Positions 34,984-44,854 of a stretch of 64,000 bases of DNA are shown piece by piece (position 1 is the stretch's first letter; each line of letters starts with the position of its first letter). The DNA is from Thermodesulfovibrionales bacterium (lineage in GTDB: Bacteria > Nitrospirota > Thermodesulfovibrionia > Thermodesulfovibrionales > JdFR-86): contig JAUXOF010000038.1 of assembly GCA_030682405.1 (NCBI GenBank), forward strand, positions 1,044 through 65,043, in the 5' to 3' direction. The translations under genes were made by a program, and so were the position numbers. The notes beneath the pieces were generated by a model. That model was not told the origin of the DNA and did not search any database. It saw only the letters and a list, made by a program, of their open reading frames with translations.

Positions 34984-37632
34984 TTATGCCGGGGCTGAAG
35001 AAGGCTCGGGCGCGGTTTTTTTAAACGTGATTTTTTCTCCTTCCACGTCCGCCTCTATTGCGTCGCCTTCGGTGAATGTGCCGTCCAGAATCTTAAGCGA
35101 GAGGGGGTTGAGCAGTTCCCTCTGTATGGCCCTTTTAAGCGGCCTTGCGCCGTACACCGGGTCGTAGCCCCTCTCGGCAAGCCATGTCTTTGCGGTCTCG
35201 GTAAGGGTGATGTCCATGCCTTTTTCAAGCAGGAACTTTTTCATCCTCTCCGTCTGAATGTCTGCTATGTCCTTGAGCATCTTCTTTGAAAGCGGGTTGA
35301 ACATAATCGTCTCGTCAACCCTGTTTAAAAACTCCGGCCTGAAGAACGCCTTCAGGTCTTCCATAACCCTTGCCTTAAGTGAGTGCTCGTTTTCCGTCTG
35401 CCAGTGCACCGGCCTCTTTGCCATTTCGGCAAGCGCTTCCTGTATATGGGCGCTTCCGATATTGGAGGTCATTATCACCACCGTGTTGCGGAAATCCACA
35501 GTCCTTCCGTGGCCGTCCGTGAGCCTTCCGTCATCGAGCACCTGCAAAAGGAGGTTAAAGACCTCGGGATGGGCTTTTTCAACCTCGTCAAAGAGCAGGG
35601 TTGAGTACGGCCTTCTCCTTACGGCCTCGGTAAGCTGTCCGCCTTCTTCGTAGCCCACATAGCCCGGAGGCGCGCCTATGAGCCTTGAGACCGTGTGCCT
35701 TTCCTGATACTCGGACATGTCTATCCGTATCATGGCGCTTTCGTTGTCAAAGAGGAACTCTGCGAGCGCCCTTGCAAGCTCGGTCTTTCCGACCCCTGAG
35801 GGGCCTAAGAATATGAAGGAGCCTATCGGCCTGTTGGGGTCCTGAATGCCGGCCCTTGCCCTCCTGACGGCGTTTGAGACGGCCTCTATGGCCTCGTCCT
35901 GTCCCACCACCCTCAGCCTCAGCCTGTCCTCCATATGTATCAGCTTTTTGACCTCCGTCTCAAGCATCCTTGAGACCGGTATCCCCGTCCACTTGGATAC
36001 GACCTCTGCTATGTCCTCCTCTATGACCTCTTCCTTGAGCATCCTCCTTATTGCCTGCTTCTTGCGGAGTTTTGCGTTCTCTTCATTCAGCGCCTTATCA
36101 AGCTCAAGGAGCCTGCCGTACCTGAGTTCAGCCGCCTTTGCAAGCTCTCCGTCCCTTTCCGCATGCTCGGACTCCATGCGTGTCTTCTCAATCTGTTCCT
36201 TAAGCTCCCTCATCCTTGTGATGGTCTCTTTTTCGCTGAGCCACTGCGCCCGGAGTTCGTCCCTCCTGCTCTGAAGCTCTGCCATGTCTTTTGTAATCTT
36301 CTCAAGCCTTTCCCTTGCGCCGGAGGAGTCGTCCTTCTGGAGGGCCTGTTTTTCTATCTCGTGCTGCCGGTATTTTCTTTCCAGCTCGTCAAGCTCAACC
36401 GGCATGCTGTCTATTTCCATCTTGAGTTTTGATGCGGCCTCATCTATGAGGTCTATGGCCTTATCAGGCAGGAACCTCCCGGTGATGTATCTATTGGAAA
36501 GCACTGCCGCGGCTATGAGGGCGGAGTCCTTAATCTTGACGCCGTGATGCACCTCGTATTTTTCCTTGAGCCCCCTTAGTATCGAGATTGTGTCCTCCAC
36601 CGAAGGCTCTTTTACGTAGATAGGCTGGAACCTGCGTTCAAGGGCCGTGTCTTTTTCTATGTGCTTCCTGTATTCGTCTATTGTGGTTGCGCCCACGCAC
36701 CTGAGGTCTCCCCTCGCAAGCGCGGGTTTAAGCATGTTGGAGGCGTCTATTGCCCCTTCTGCAGCTCCCGCTCCGACCATCGTGTGGAGCTCGTCTATGA
36801 AGAGTATCACCCTGCCTTCGGCCTGCTCTATCTCCTTTATTACCGCCTTCAGCCTCTCCTCGAACTCGCCCCTGAACTTTGAGCCGGCAACGAGCGCTCC
36901 CATGTCCAGTGCGGCCACCCGCTTCCCCTTCAGGGTCTCCGGCACATCCCCCTGAACTATCCTCTGCGCCAGCCCCTCGGCTATTGCGGTCTTTCCAACA
37001 CCAGGGTCTCCTATAAGAACTGGGTTGTTTTTCGTCCTTCTTGAGAGCACCTGTATCACCCGCCGTATCTCGTCGTCCCTGCCGATTACGGGGTCGAGCT
37101 TCCCCCTGCGCGCAAACTCGGTCAGGTCGCGGCTGTAGCGGCTTAAGGCCTGATACTTCTCCTCCGGGTTCTGGTCGGTAACGCGTTGCGCTCCCCGTAT
37201 CTCCCTCATTGCCGAAAGGGCGTTGTCAGCGGTTATGCCGTGACGCTTGAGGGTTTCGGAGGCATGGCCGCCTTCGTATATGATGCCGAGCAAAAGGTGC
37301 TCTACGCTTGTGTATTCGTCCGTCAGGCGTTCCGCCTCGGTCCCTGCCCTTTCAAAGACCGCCTTAAGGCCGGGGGATACGTAGATTTGCCCAAGGGGGG
37401 TTGCGCCGGAGACCTTGGGGAAACGTTCCATATCGTTATTTATGTCTATCTTCAGGCCGTTTAAGTCCGCGCCGAGCCTCTTTGCTATCTGTGCGGAAAC
37501 GCCCTCTTCGTCCTCAAGGAGTGCAAGAAGGAGGTGTTCGGGCTGAAGCTCCTGGTTGCCTTTTTTTTCGGCAAGCCTCTGAGCGGCCTCAACAGCCGAC
37601 TGGCTCTTTATGGTGAGTTTGTCCAATCTCAT
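34984..37632 (-). CDS. clpB: ATP-dependent chaperone ClpB
   Basis: 882 aa with two AAA+ modules ([13 protein letters not shown] and [13 protein letters not shown]), a long middle coiled coil, and the N-terminal Clp repeat. Confidence 0.95.
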   Translation of the reverse strand: MRLDKLTIKSQSAVEAAQRLAEKKGNQELQPEHLLLALLEDEEGVSAQIAKRLGADLNGLKIDINNDMERFPKVSGATPLGQIYVSPGLKAVFERAGTEAERLTDEYTSVEHLLLGIIYEGGHASETLKRHGITADNALSAMREIRGAQRVTDQNPEEKYQALSRYSRDLTEFARRGKLDPVIGRDDEIRRVIQVLSRRTKNNPVLIGDPGVGKTAIAEGLAQRIVQGDVPETLKGKRVAALDMGALVAGSKFRGEFEERLKAVIKEIEQAEGRVILFIDELHTMVGAGAAEGAIDASNMLKPALARGDLRCVGATTIDEYRKHIEKDTALERRFQPIYVKEPSVEDTISILRGLKEKYEVHHGVKIKDSALIAAAVLSNRYITGRFLPDKAIDLIDEAASKLKMEIDSMPVELDELERKYRQHEIEKQALQKDDSSGARERLEKITKDMAELQSRRDELRAQWLSEKETITRMRELKEQIEKTRMESEHAERDGELAKAAELRYGRLLELDKALNEENAKLRKKQAIRRMLKEEVIEEDIAEVVSKWTGIPVSRMLETEVKKLIHMEDRLRLRVVGQDEAIEAVSNAVRRARAGIQDPNRPIGSFIFLGPSGVGKTELARALAEFLFDNESAMIRIDMSEYQERHTVSRLIGAPPGYVGYEEGGQLTEAVRRRPYSTLLFDEVEKAHPEVFNLLLQVLDDGRLTDGHGRTVDFRNTVVIMTSNIGSAHIQEALAEMAKRPVHWQTENEHSLKARVMEDLKAFFRPEFLNRVDETIMFNPLSKKMLKDIADIQTERMKKFLLEKGMDITLTETAKTWLAERGYDPVYGARPLKRAIQRELLNPLSLKILDGTFTEGDAIEADVEGEKITFKKTAPEPSSAPA

Positions 37633-37976
37633 TCCGCCTCCTCGAAAAATATCTTTCGTATCTTCTCTTCAAAATCGTGCCTCGTGTCCTCCTCAAGGGC
37701 CTGCATCATTTCCGCCATCTCCCTCTGAAGGATTTCAAGCCTATGCCTCATCCTTAGGATTATGTCCACCCCAGCCCTGTTTACCCCGAATTCCCTTGTG
37801 AGCCTGAGTATGGTTTCAAGCCTTTCGACATCCCCCTCGGAGTACAATCTCTGATTGCCTGCCCTCTGGGGCGTTATGAATCCTTCCCTTTCGTACATCC
37901 TCAGGGTCTGGGGGTGCACATGCAGCCTTTTGGCTACGATGCGTATCATGTATACGGGTTCGGACTTATCCCTCAT
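37629..37976 (-). CDS. hspR: MerR-family heat-shock regulator, HspR-like
   Basis: [51 protein letters not shown] matches the HspR/MerR HTH. It sits between dnaJ and clpB and overlaps the clpB start. Confidence 0.65.
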   Translation of the reverse strand: MRDKSEPVYMIRIVAKRLHVHPQTLRMYEREGFITPQRAGNQRLYSEGDVERLETILRLTREFGVNRAGVDIILRMRHRLEILQREMAEMMQALEEDTRHDFEEKIRKIFFEEAE

Positions 37977-37990
37977 CTCAAACAGTCCCC

Positions 37991-39070
37991 TTATTTTTTA
38001 ATCATCCCCGTGCGGGGATTTTCCCTGTAGGAGGCATCTATCTCCTTTATCGCATCCTTTGCGCTCTGGCTCATGTCCTTTGGCACTGCTATTTCGATGT
38101 CCACGTAAAGGTCTCCCTTTCCTCCCCTTGCCGGAGATGGAAACCCCTTTGCCTTTAGCTTAAACCTCTGCCCGCCCTGCGTTCCGGCAGGAAGGGTCAT
38201 GACAGCCGTGCCGTCTACAGCAGGCACCTCTATCTTTGCCCCAAGGGCGGCCTCTCCGAACGTGACCGGCAGTTTCAGGTACAGGTCGTCGCCTTTTCTT
38301 TCAAACAGGGGATGAGGCCTGACGCTTATCCTTATATTGACGTTCCCTGCCGGCCCCCCCAGATACCCTGCATTGCCCATGCCCCTGAGCCTAAGCATCG
38401 AGCCGTTGTCAACCCCTGCCGGTATCTTGACGCTCAGGGACTCTGAGCTTAGAACCGTGCCGGCCCCGCCGCATGCCCTGCACGCCTTTGTGATTTTCCC
38501 CCCGGCCCCGCCGCATGCCGCGCATGTCTGCGACATCCTAAAAACCCCCCTCGATGCCTCTATCCTTCCGCTTCCCCTGCATTTGTCGCAGGTCTTGGAT
38601 TCCATAGCCCCGCTTGCGGCGCATTGGGCGCATGGAGACTCCCTGTTTACGGTTATCTTTTTTGTGGCGCCGGAAAACGCCTCTTCAAGGGTGACCTCAA
38701 GCCCCATTACGAGGTCCGCCCCCCTTGAGTGTGACTCGCGCCTTCCTGATGAGTCGCCGAATATGTTTCCTAAGTCGAATCCGAATATGTCCTCAAACCC
38801 AGGCATCTCAAACGGGCTCCTGCCGTACCACGGCCCTCCCTCCTCAAACGGAGACCTGCCGGAGCGGTCATACCCCTGCCGTTTCTTTTGGTCGCTTAAG
38901 ACGGCATATGCCTCGTTTATCTCCTTGAACTTCTCCTCCGAGGCCTTATCCCCGGGGTTCAGGTCAGGATGGTACCTCCTTGCAAGCTTCCTGTAAGCCC
39001 CTTTTATCTCCTCAGGGCTTGCCCCTTTGTTTATGCCTAATAGTTCGTAATAATCCTTGACTGCGGCCAT
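37991..39070 (-). CDS. dnaJ: DnaJ/CbpA-type co-chaperone with zinc-finger domain
   Basis: J domain DYYELLGI...YHPDLNP, four CxxCxGxG-type repeats ([32 protein letters not shown]), and a C-terminal substrate-binding domain. Confidence 0.85.
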   Translation of the reverse strand: MAAVKDYYELLGINKGASPEEIKGAYRKLARRYHPDLNPGDKASEEKFKEINEAYAVLSDQKKRQGYDRSGRSPFEEGGPWYGRSPFEMPGFEDIFGFDLGNIFGDSSGRRESHSRGADLVMGLEVTLEEAFSGATKKITVNRESPCAQCAASGAMESKTCDKCRGSGRIEASRGVFRMSQTCAACGGAGGKITKACRACGGAGTVLSSESLSVKIPAGVDNGSMLRLRGMGNAGYLGGPAGNVNIRISVRPHPLFERKGDDLYLKLPVTFGEAALGAKIEVPAVDGTAVMTLPAGTQGGQRFKLKAKGFPSPARGGKGDLYVDIEIAVPKDMSQSAKDAIKEIDASYRENPRTGMIKK

Positions 39071-39089
39071 TTTTCTTTCCTTAGTTCAT

Positions 39090-39118
39090 ATAATATGCCT
39101 TTAGTCGGTTCATGTCAA
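39090..39118 (-). promoter_or_regulatory. Near-consensus sigma-70 promoter for dnaJ-hspR-clpB
   Basis: Minus strand TTGACA (39118-39113), a 17-nt spacer, TATTAT (39095-39090), then AAGGAAAG RBS and the ATG at 39070. Confidence 0.55.
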
Positions 39119-39198
39119 GTCTTCTCTGCCGGATGGTTATGATGTCAAGACCTCCTCAGATGCCTATAAGTCTAACAGGTTAAGGCGGGGTGTCAATG

Positions 39199-39238
39199 CT
39201 TGAAGGAGGATTTGACAAGGAACTCCTTGTTTCTTGAC
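39199..39238. promoter_or_regulatory. Inverted repeats upstream of the dnaJ promoter (weakly HAIR-like)
   Basis: CTTGAAG-N7-TGACAAG (39199-39219) shares CTTGA...CAAG with the HspR HAIR consensus CTTGAGT-N7-ACTCAAG. A perfect palindrome acaagga-ac-tccttgt (39215-39230) is flanked by ttgac repeats. Confidence 0.25.
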
Positions 39239-39366
39239 TTAGCCCTGCGTCATAAAGTAAACTTACGGTTATCGTAATGTTATGCAATTGCAACAGCGGC
39301 ATTGCCAAACGCAGCAGTTGATACTAAGATAAGAAACACTATTAGAAAAAGAAGGAGGAGAAGGGG

Positions 39367-40350
39367 TTGTTTAAATCTAAGAGACTCATCAGGATAGCAG
39401 CAGCATTATTGTTTCTCGTGGTTGTCTTCGGGGCCACGGCCTTGTTTGCATCCGATGCAGCGGATGTGGCTAAAAATGCCCTTCCTCTTACCGAGGAGAG
39501 CAGTATGCCGTGGTGGGGCTGGCCTCTCATCCTTTTTGTGGTCACTTTCATTCTCGGGATACTGGCGGTATTGGGCGGGGTCGGCGGTGGGGTTCTGTTC
39601 GTCCCCATCATAGGGGGTTTTTTCCCCTTCCATCTGGATTTCGTAAGGGGGGCAGGGCTTCTGGTTGCTCTGGCGGGCGCGCTGGCCGCAGGGCCCGGGC
39701 TTCTTAAAAGGGGACTTGCCGACCTAAGGCTGGCAATACCAGTGGCTCTAATAGCGTCTTCCTTCGCTATAGTGGGCGCGATGATAGGCCTTGCGCTTCC
39801 CACAAACGTAGTGCAGACCGCGCTCGGAGCGACCATACTCGGCATCGTCGCTATCATGCTGATGGCAAAGAAATCGGAGTACCCTGAGGTCAAGCAGGCC
39901 GACGCCCTCTCCACGGCGCTGAGGATAAACGGCATATACACCGAGGTATCCACAGGCGAGGAGATAAACTGGCAAATACACAGGACAGTAAAGGGCCTCC
40001 TGCTTTTCATAATCGTCGGAGTGATGGCTGGCATGTTCGGACTCGGCGCAGGCTGGGCAAATGTGCCGGTGCTAAACCTCCTGATGGGCGCCCCGCTTAA
40101 GATCTCAGTTGCAACGAGTAAATTCCTGCTTTCCATAACGGACACCTCTGCGGCATGGGTATACATCAACAACGGCGCGGTGCTGCCAATGATAGTGGCG
40201 CCCTCGATAGTGGGGATAATGCTCGGTTCGATAGTGGGAGTGAAAATCCTCGTAAAAACGAAGCCGGCGGCGGTCAAATATATCGTCATCGTCATGCTCC
40301 TTTTTGCAGGGGCAAGGGCGTTTCTTAAGGGCCTCGGCATCTGGACATAA
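39367..40350 (+). CDS. TauE/SafE (DUF81) family anion exporter-type permease
   Basis: GVGGGVLFVPIIGG and a second-half repeat GLGAGWANVPVLNLL. 8-TM profile. TTG start after GAAGGAGGAG. Confidence 0.75.
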   Translation: MFKSKRLIRIAAALLFLVVVFGATALFASDAADVAKNALPLTEESSMPWWGWPLILFVVTFILGILAVLGGVGGGVLFVPIIGGFFPFHLDFVRGAGLLVALAGALAAGPGLLKRGLADLRLAIPVALIASSFAIVGAMIGLALPTNVVQTALGATILGIVAIMLMAKKSEYPEVKQADALSTALRINGIYTEVSTGEEINWQIHRTVKGLLLFIIVGVMAGMFGLGAGWANVPVLNLLMGAPLKISVATSKFLLSITDTSAAWVYINNGAVLPMIVAPSIVGIMLGSIVGVKILVKTKPAAVKYIVIVMLLFAGARAFLKGLGIWT

Positions 40351-40382
40351 GGTAAGGATTATCGCATAAAGGAGGATTTAAA

Positions 40383-40796
40383 ATGGCCAAGAATCAGGCT
40401 ACGGAAGAGCAGATTAAATATGCCGGAATGTTAGATAAAGGGATGAAGATAGGGTTTGTTCTCGTAGTCGTCTCGTTCATTCTCTACATAACAGGGATAA
40501 TGGCCCCGTATCTCCCCATAAACGACCTTCCGAAATACTGGGGCATGCCGGTTCACGACTACCTGAAGGCAACGAACATACACATGGGCTGGGCATGGCT
40601 TGGGATGCTACAGAAGGGCGATTTTATCAACTTCATCGGCATAGCGTTCCTTGCCGGAGTGACCATACCGTGCTACATCGCAATTATGCCGATATTCCTT
40701 AAGAAAAAGGACAAGGTGTATTTCACCCTTGCCCTTTTAGAGGTGACGGTGCTTGCACTTGCGGCATCCGGCCTCCTTAAGTCCGGCGGACATTGA
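40383..40796 (+). CDS. DUF1634-like small membrane protein (usual TauE partner)
   Basis: 137 aa with 3-4 TM. The C-terminal FLKKKDKVYFTLALLEVTVLALAAS resembles the DUF1634 end. It lies immediately downstream of the TauE gene. Confidence 0.5.
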   Translation: MAKNQATEEQIKYAGMLDKGMKIGFVLVVVSFILYITGIMAPYLPINDLPKYWGMPVHDYLKATNIHMGWAWLGMLQKGDFINFIGIAFLAGVTIPCYIAIMPIFLKKKDKVYFTLALLEVTVLALAASGLLKSGGH

Positions 40797-40799
40797 AGT

Positions 40800-40827
40800 G
40801 CAGATTGCAGGACTGCCTGTAATCTGC
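40800..40827 (+). terminator. 12-bp stem hairpin after the DUF1634 gene (no clear U-tract)
   Basis: gcagattgcagg-actg-cctgtaatctgc (one G-U pair), followed by tatatt. Confidence 0.35.
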
Positions 40828-40943
40828 TATATTCCGAATCAGGGAAGGCGGGGTCTATTATTTACCCTGCCTTTGAGACAACGGCGCTGTTTAGGGCACG
40901 GAAAGGCATGTTAAAACAGGGGGCGCGCTAAAAAGGAGGACTA

Positions 40944-41825
40944 ATGGGTGACAAGATTTTTGCAAAATTAGACAACCTTCTCATCACCACGGACGGCTCG
41001 GAGTTCAGCGAGGGCGCAGTAAGGGAGGGCATAAGGCTTGCCAAAAACTCAGGCGCAAAAGTCACGGCCCTCTATGTAGTGGAGTTCAATCCCGAGTTCG
41101 AGGCCCTCGCCCCGAATCTCGTGGAGAAGATGGAGATAGAGGCCGCCGGGCAACTGAAGGGCATAAAGGAGAAGGCAGTAAAGGAGGGCGTCTCCTGCAC
41201 AATATTCATGAGAAGGAGCGACAGCCCTTACAAGGCGATAGTGGATGAGGCGGCAGGGGAATCCGCCGACGTGATAGTCATGGGCAGGCGCGGAAGGACC
41301 GGCCTTAAGAGGCTTCTCATGGGAAGCGTCACGGCAAAGGTCATAGGCCACGCCCGGTGCAATGTCCTCGTGGTTCCGAGGGCCGCAAACATATACCTGA
41401 GAAATATCCTCATAGCGACCGACGGCTCCAGATACGGCATCGAAGCCGCCTCTATGGCGGTGGGCATAGCAAAACGCTCAGCGGCGAACCTTATTGCCGT
41501 ATCCGTTGTGCCCTCGGAGGCAGCCCCATTTATACAGGCGGAGATGCAAAAGGGCCTCATCGCCGAAAAAGAGCTCAAGGAGGCTGAAAAAAATGTCGCC
41601 GCCGTAAAGGCGATGGCTCAAAAAGAAGGCATCAGCGCAGAAGGGATTGTCGCGGCCGGCCACCTCCACGAGGCGATTCTGGAGATTGCAAAGGAAAAGA
41701 ATGTCGACCTGATCGTAGTGGGCAGCCATGGAAGAACAGGGATAACGAGGCTCCTCATGGGCTCGGTTGCCGAGAGGGTCATCGGACATGCCGATTGTGC
41801 AGTGCTCGTGGTGAAGGCCGGCTAA
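40944..41825 (+). CDS. Tandem-domain universal stress protein
   Basis: Two UspA domains, each with the ATP-binding G-x2-G-x9-G(S/T) motif (GRRGRTGLKRLLMGS and GSHGRTGITRLLMGS). Confidence 0.85.
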   Translation: MGDKIFAKLDNLLITTDGSEFSEGAVREGIRLAKNSGAKVTALYVVEFNPEFEALAPNLVEKMEIEAAGQLKGIKEKAVKEGVSCTIFMRRSDSPYKAIVDEAAGESADVIVMGRRGRTGLKRLLMGSVTAKVIGHARCNVLVVPRAANIYLRNILIATDGSRYGIEAASMAVGIAKRSAANLIAVSVVPSEAAPFIQAEMQKGLIAEKELKEAEKNVAAVKAMAQKEGISAEGIVAAGHLHEAILEIAKEKNVDLIVVGSHGRTGITRLLMGSVAERVIGHADCAVLVVKAG

Positions 41826-43189
41826 GCCTCCACGTTTTCGAGCCCGTATTTCTTGAGCTTCCTCCAGAGCGAGACCCTGTCAATGCCGAGTATCTGTGCG
41901 GCAAGGGTCTTGTTGCCTCCGACCTCCCTGAGAACCCATTTTATGTAGGACTCCTCCTGCTCCTCGAGCGCGGGGATTCTGCCTTCCTTCTTCCTGAATA
42001 TCCTTACGGTAAGCTCCCTCAGGTCTTCGGGCAGGTGTGCGACCTCTATGGCAGAGCTGTTTGAGAGGGCAACGCCCCTTTCTATTATGTTTTCAAGCTC
42101 CCTCACATTGCCGGGGAAGTCGTAGTTCATAAGGATGAAGGTGACATCCTCCGAGATATTGCCGACGGTCTTTTTCATAAGCGAGGAATACTTCTTGATG
42201 AAGTAATAAGCCAGTAGCGGGATGTCCTCCTTTCTTTCGGCAAGCTGGGGTATATGGAGCGAGACGACATTGAGCCTGAAGAACAGGTCCTGCCTGAAAC
42301 GGCCCTCCTTTATGGAGTCCTTGATGTTCCGGTTGGTCGCCGCAACGAACCTCACGTCCACCCTGACGGGCAAAGTGCCGCCCACCCTCAGGAACTCTTT
42401 TTCCTGTATGGCCCTGAGGAGCTTGACTTGCATCGAAGTGGGCATCTCGGTTATCTCGTCGAGGAACAGCGTGCCTCCGGAGGCCATCTCTATAAGGCCC
42501 TTTTTCATCTCGGTTGCGCCCGTGAATGCCCCTTTTTCGTGCCCGAAGAGCTCGTTTGAAAGAAGCTCCTCTGTGAATGCCCCGCAGTTGATGGCATAGA
42601 ACAGGCCCCCCGCCCTTTTGCTTGCGTAGTGGATGTATCTGGACAGAAGCTCCTTGCCGGTGCCGGATTCGCCGGTGACGATTATATTGCAGTCGGTGGG
42701 GGCGAGCTGCCTTGCAGTATCGAGGAGGGCCAGCATCTTCGGGTTCTGCGTGATTATCTTAACCTTGCCGGAAAAGCTCTCAAGCTGGCTACGGAGCTCT
42801 TCGTTTTCCTTCTTGAGCCTCACCTTCTCAATGGCCTCCCACACGACCTTCCTTACCTCGTCGAGCTTGAAGGGCTTCGCTATGTAGTCGTATGCGCCCT
42901 TTTTCATCGCCTGTATGGCGGACTTTATGGTCGCATACCCTGTTATCATTATGACCTCGGCATCGGGGTAAAGGTCCCTGCACTTTTTCAATATCTGCAT
43001 CCCGTCGACCTTTTCCATCTTCAGGTCCGTAAGCACGACATCGAACCACTGCTCATCGAGGAGCTTGAGGGCATTAGGCCCTTGTTGTGTCCCTACGACC
43101 TCGTACCCCTCCTTCTCCATGACATGCTGGAGGTTTCTGAGGGCAATCTGCTCGTCATCGACGATCAGGATTTTTGCCTTATATTTCAT
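41822..43189 (-). CDS. Sigma-54-dependent response regulator (NtrC family)
   Basis: REC (DLKMEKVDG), Walker A GESGTGKE, GAFTGA (EKGAFTGA), and a C-terminal HTH. Confidence 0.9.
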   Translation of the reverse strand: MKYKAKILIVDDEQIALRNLQHVMEKEGYEVVGTQQGPNALKLLDEQWFDVVLTDLKMEKVDGMQILKKCRDLYPDAEVIMITGYATIKSAIQAMKKGAYDYIAKPFKLDEVRKVVWEAIEKVRLKKENEELRSQLESFSGKVKIITQNPKMLALLDTARQLAPTDCNIIVTGESGTGKELLSRYIHYASKRAGGLFYAINCGAFTEELLSNELFGHEKGAFTGATEMKKGLIEMASGGTLFLDEITEMPTSMQVKLLRAIQEKEFLRVGGTLPVRVDVRFVAATNRNIKDSIKEGRFRQDLFFRLNVVSLHIPQLAERKEDIPLLAYYFIKKYSSLMKKTVGNISEDVTFILMNYDFPGNVRELENIIERGVALSNSSAIEVAHLPEDLRELTVRIFRKKEGRIPALEEQEESYIKWVLREVGGNKTLAAQILGIDRVSLWRKLKKYGLENVEA

Positions 43190-44613
43190 GGACCGGTCTC
43201 CTTTAACGGTAGTTTTATCGTAAATGTTGTCCCCTGCCCCGGGGTGCTGTCCACCTCTATAGTGCCTTCGTGATCTTCGATGATCTCGCGGGCGACGAAA
43301 AGCCCGAGACCCGAGCCCTTTCCCTCGGCCTTTGTCGTAAAAAACGGGGTGAATATCTTCTCCATTTCCTCGGCCTCTATCCCCGTGCCTGTGTCCTGAA
43401 TCTTTATCTCAACGGTTTTATCCGGGGTGGTTTCTCCGGCAGAGATGAGGATCGTTCCTTCGCCGGGGATAGCGTCGATGCCGTTTTTTATGATGTTCAG
43501 AATTGCCTGCTCTATCCTCTGTTTGTCGGCCATGAGCCAGAGGTCATCAGGGATGTTCACCCTCACCTCAACCTGCGTAAGGATTTCACCCCTCAGGAGC
43601 CTGAGCGTATCCTCTATCAGATCCGTGAGAGGCAGGGGCACCCTTTCAAACTCTTTCTTTTTCGAAAATTCGAGGAGGGAATGTATGATGCCCTTCGCCC
43701 TTTCCACCTGTTCTTCTATCTGACCGAGCAGTTCTTTCTTAAAGCCAATATCCCCCTCCTCTATCTCCTCGCTGAGTATCTGGCAGGAGGTCGATATGTT
43801 GGAGAGGGGGTTGTTGAGCTGATGGGCGACCCCCGAGACCATCGTGCCGAGGGATATGAGTTTTTCTGACTGAAGGATAAAACTTTTCTGCCTGAGTTCA
43901 AGCTCGCTCATCATCCTCCGGAATGCACTATAGAGAGATATTATCTCTATGTCGGTCGAGTCGACCGCAAGGATATTGAACTTGCCCTCCGCAACCTTCC
44001 GCATACTGCCTTCTATCTGCTCCAACGGCCTTACGACCATGCGCGACAGATACTGGCCTATGGCACAGCCGGCTATTATGAGAAAGAAGATGGAGCCGAT
44101 GAGTATCTTCCTTGATGAGGCTATCAGTGACCGGATATATTCCCGCTCCGTCAAAGACATACGCTCCGCTTTGTCGACGATCTCGCGGCCTTTCAGCCGT
44201 ATCTTGCCTTCCATGACGTAAGCCCCTACGGTGTCGGATGTTTTATCCGTCTCGAAATATCTCTTCATAAGGGACTTGTAATCCCTGATGGCAAGCTCCA
44301 AGGCGGAGATGTAGGCTTCGATGGCAAGGCCTTCGAATGCCTCCTTGTTTTTGTTTATAATGTCCTCTGCCGTCTCAGTAAACAGCAGGTTTTGGGCGTA
44401 GTCGTCAGCGGTATTGTAGAGGATATAGTTTTTTTCGAACCTCCTCATCTCCAAGGTCGTATCAAAAAGCTCGGAGACCACCATGCTCGCCGCAACCTTC
44501 CTGTCGACCACCGTCAGATTGAAGTAATTCACCAAGGCGATGAGGACTATCAGGCCTAAACAGACATAGAAACCATAGCTTACCTTTTTGCGGATGCTCG
44601 ATTGAAAACGCAT
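43186..44613 (-). CDS. Sensor histidine kinase (periplasmic helical sensor, HAMP, HisKA, HATPase_c)
   Basis: Two TMs flanking a ~150-aa helical region, H-box SGVAHQLNNPL, and ATPase motifs DTGTGI...GSGLGL. Overlaps the regulator start. Confidence 0.85.
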   Translation of the reverse strand: MRFQSSIRKKVSYGFYVCLGLIVLIALVNYFNLTVVDRKVAASMVVSELFDTTLEMRRFEKNYILYNTADDYAQNLLFTETAEDIINKNKEAFEGLAIEAYISALELAIRDYKSLMKRYFETDKTSDTVGAYVMEGKIRLKGREIVDKAERMSLTEREYIRSLIASSRKILIGSIFFLIIAGCAIGQYLSRMVVRPLEQIEGSMRKVAEGKFNILAVDSTDIEIISLYSAFRRMMSELELRQKSFILQSEKLISLGTMVSGVAHQLNNPLSNISTSCQILSEEIEEGDIGFKKELLGQIEEQVERAKGIIHSLLEFSKKKEFERVPLPLTDLIEDTLRLLRGEILTQVEVRVNIPDDLWLMADKQRIEQAILNIIKNGIDAIPGEGTILISAGETTPDKTVEIKIQDTGTGIEAEEMEKIFTPFFTTKAEGKGSGLGLFVAREIIEDHEGTIEVDSTPGQGTTFTIKLPLKETGP

Positions 44614-44791
44614 GGAACAATATTAGCACTAAATCATTGCAAAATGCAACCCCTGACATCAAGGATGCAACAGTAATTTAGGCGTGTTTTATAAAGGGAA
44701 GTCAGTTGTCCGATGCATATTGCAACATTTGTTCCCCCTCCGAACCTGCCGAATTTCAATTATTTCAAGCAGTTATATGCCCCCTATCCTC

Positions 44792-44807
44792 TGGCATGAA
44801 TGTTGAT
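44792..44807 (+). promoter_or_regulatory. Sigma-54-like -24/-12 element upstream of the small-ORF operon
   Basis: TGGCATGAATGTTGAT has correct GG-N10 spacing, but the -12 is GA rather than GC. It closely resembles the 9248 element TGGTATGAATATTGCT. It lies 48 nt upstream of the ATG at 44855. Confidence 0.3.
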
Positions 44808-44854
44808 ATATGTATCTTTAAAGGCCCACGAGGGCTATTCAAAGGAGGTGCAGG

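Noticed and set aside
39342-40340. Long antisense ORFs opposite real genes (39342..40340 -, 26312..27241 +, 19455..20120 +, 47501..48190 -, 38337..38996 +, 35846..36274 +).
   Set aside because: Each lies exactly opposite a gene with clear family motifs (TauE, ppdK, atpB, the membrane partner gene, dnaJ, clpB). Their translations are low-complexity (Ala/Arg/Ser/Pro rich), with no motifs, no RBS and no independent support. They are typical shadow ORFs.
40894-40909. GGGCACGGAAAGGCAT upstream of the tandem USP gene as a sigma-54 promoter; also CGGCATTGCCAAACGCA at about 39298-39314 upstream of the first TauE gene.
   Set aside because: The GG-to-GC spacing is off by one nucleotide in both (10 and 12 instead of 11), and the -12 TTGC is missing. 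Sigma-54 spacing is essentially invariant.
44623-44630. ttagcact resembling a CIRCE half-site (TTAGCACTC-N9-GAGTGCTAA).
   Set aside because: No inverted partner lies 9 nt away. The location is upstream of a kinase and a small-ORF operon, not chaperone genes.
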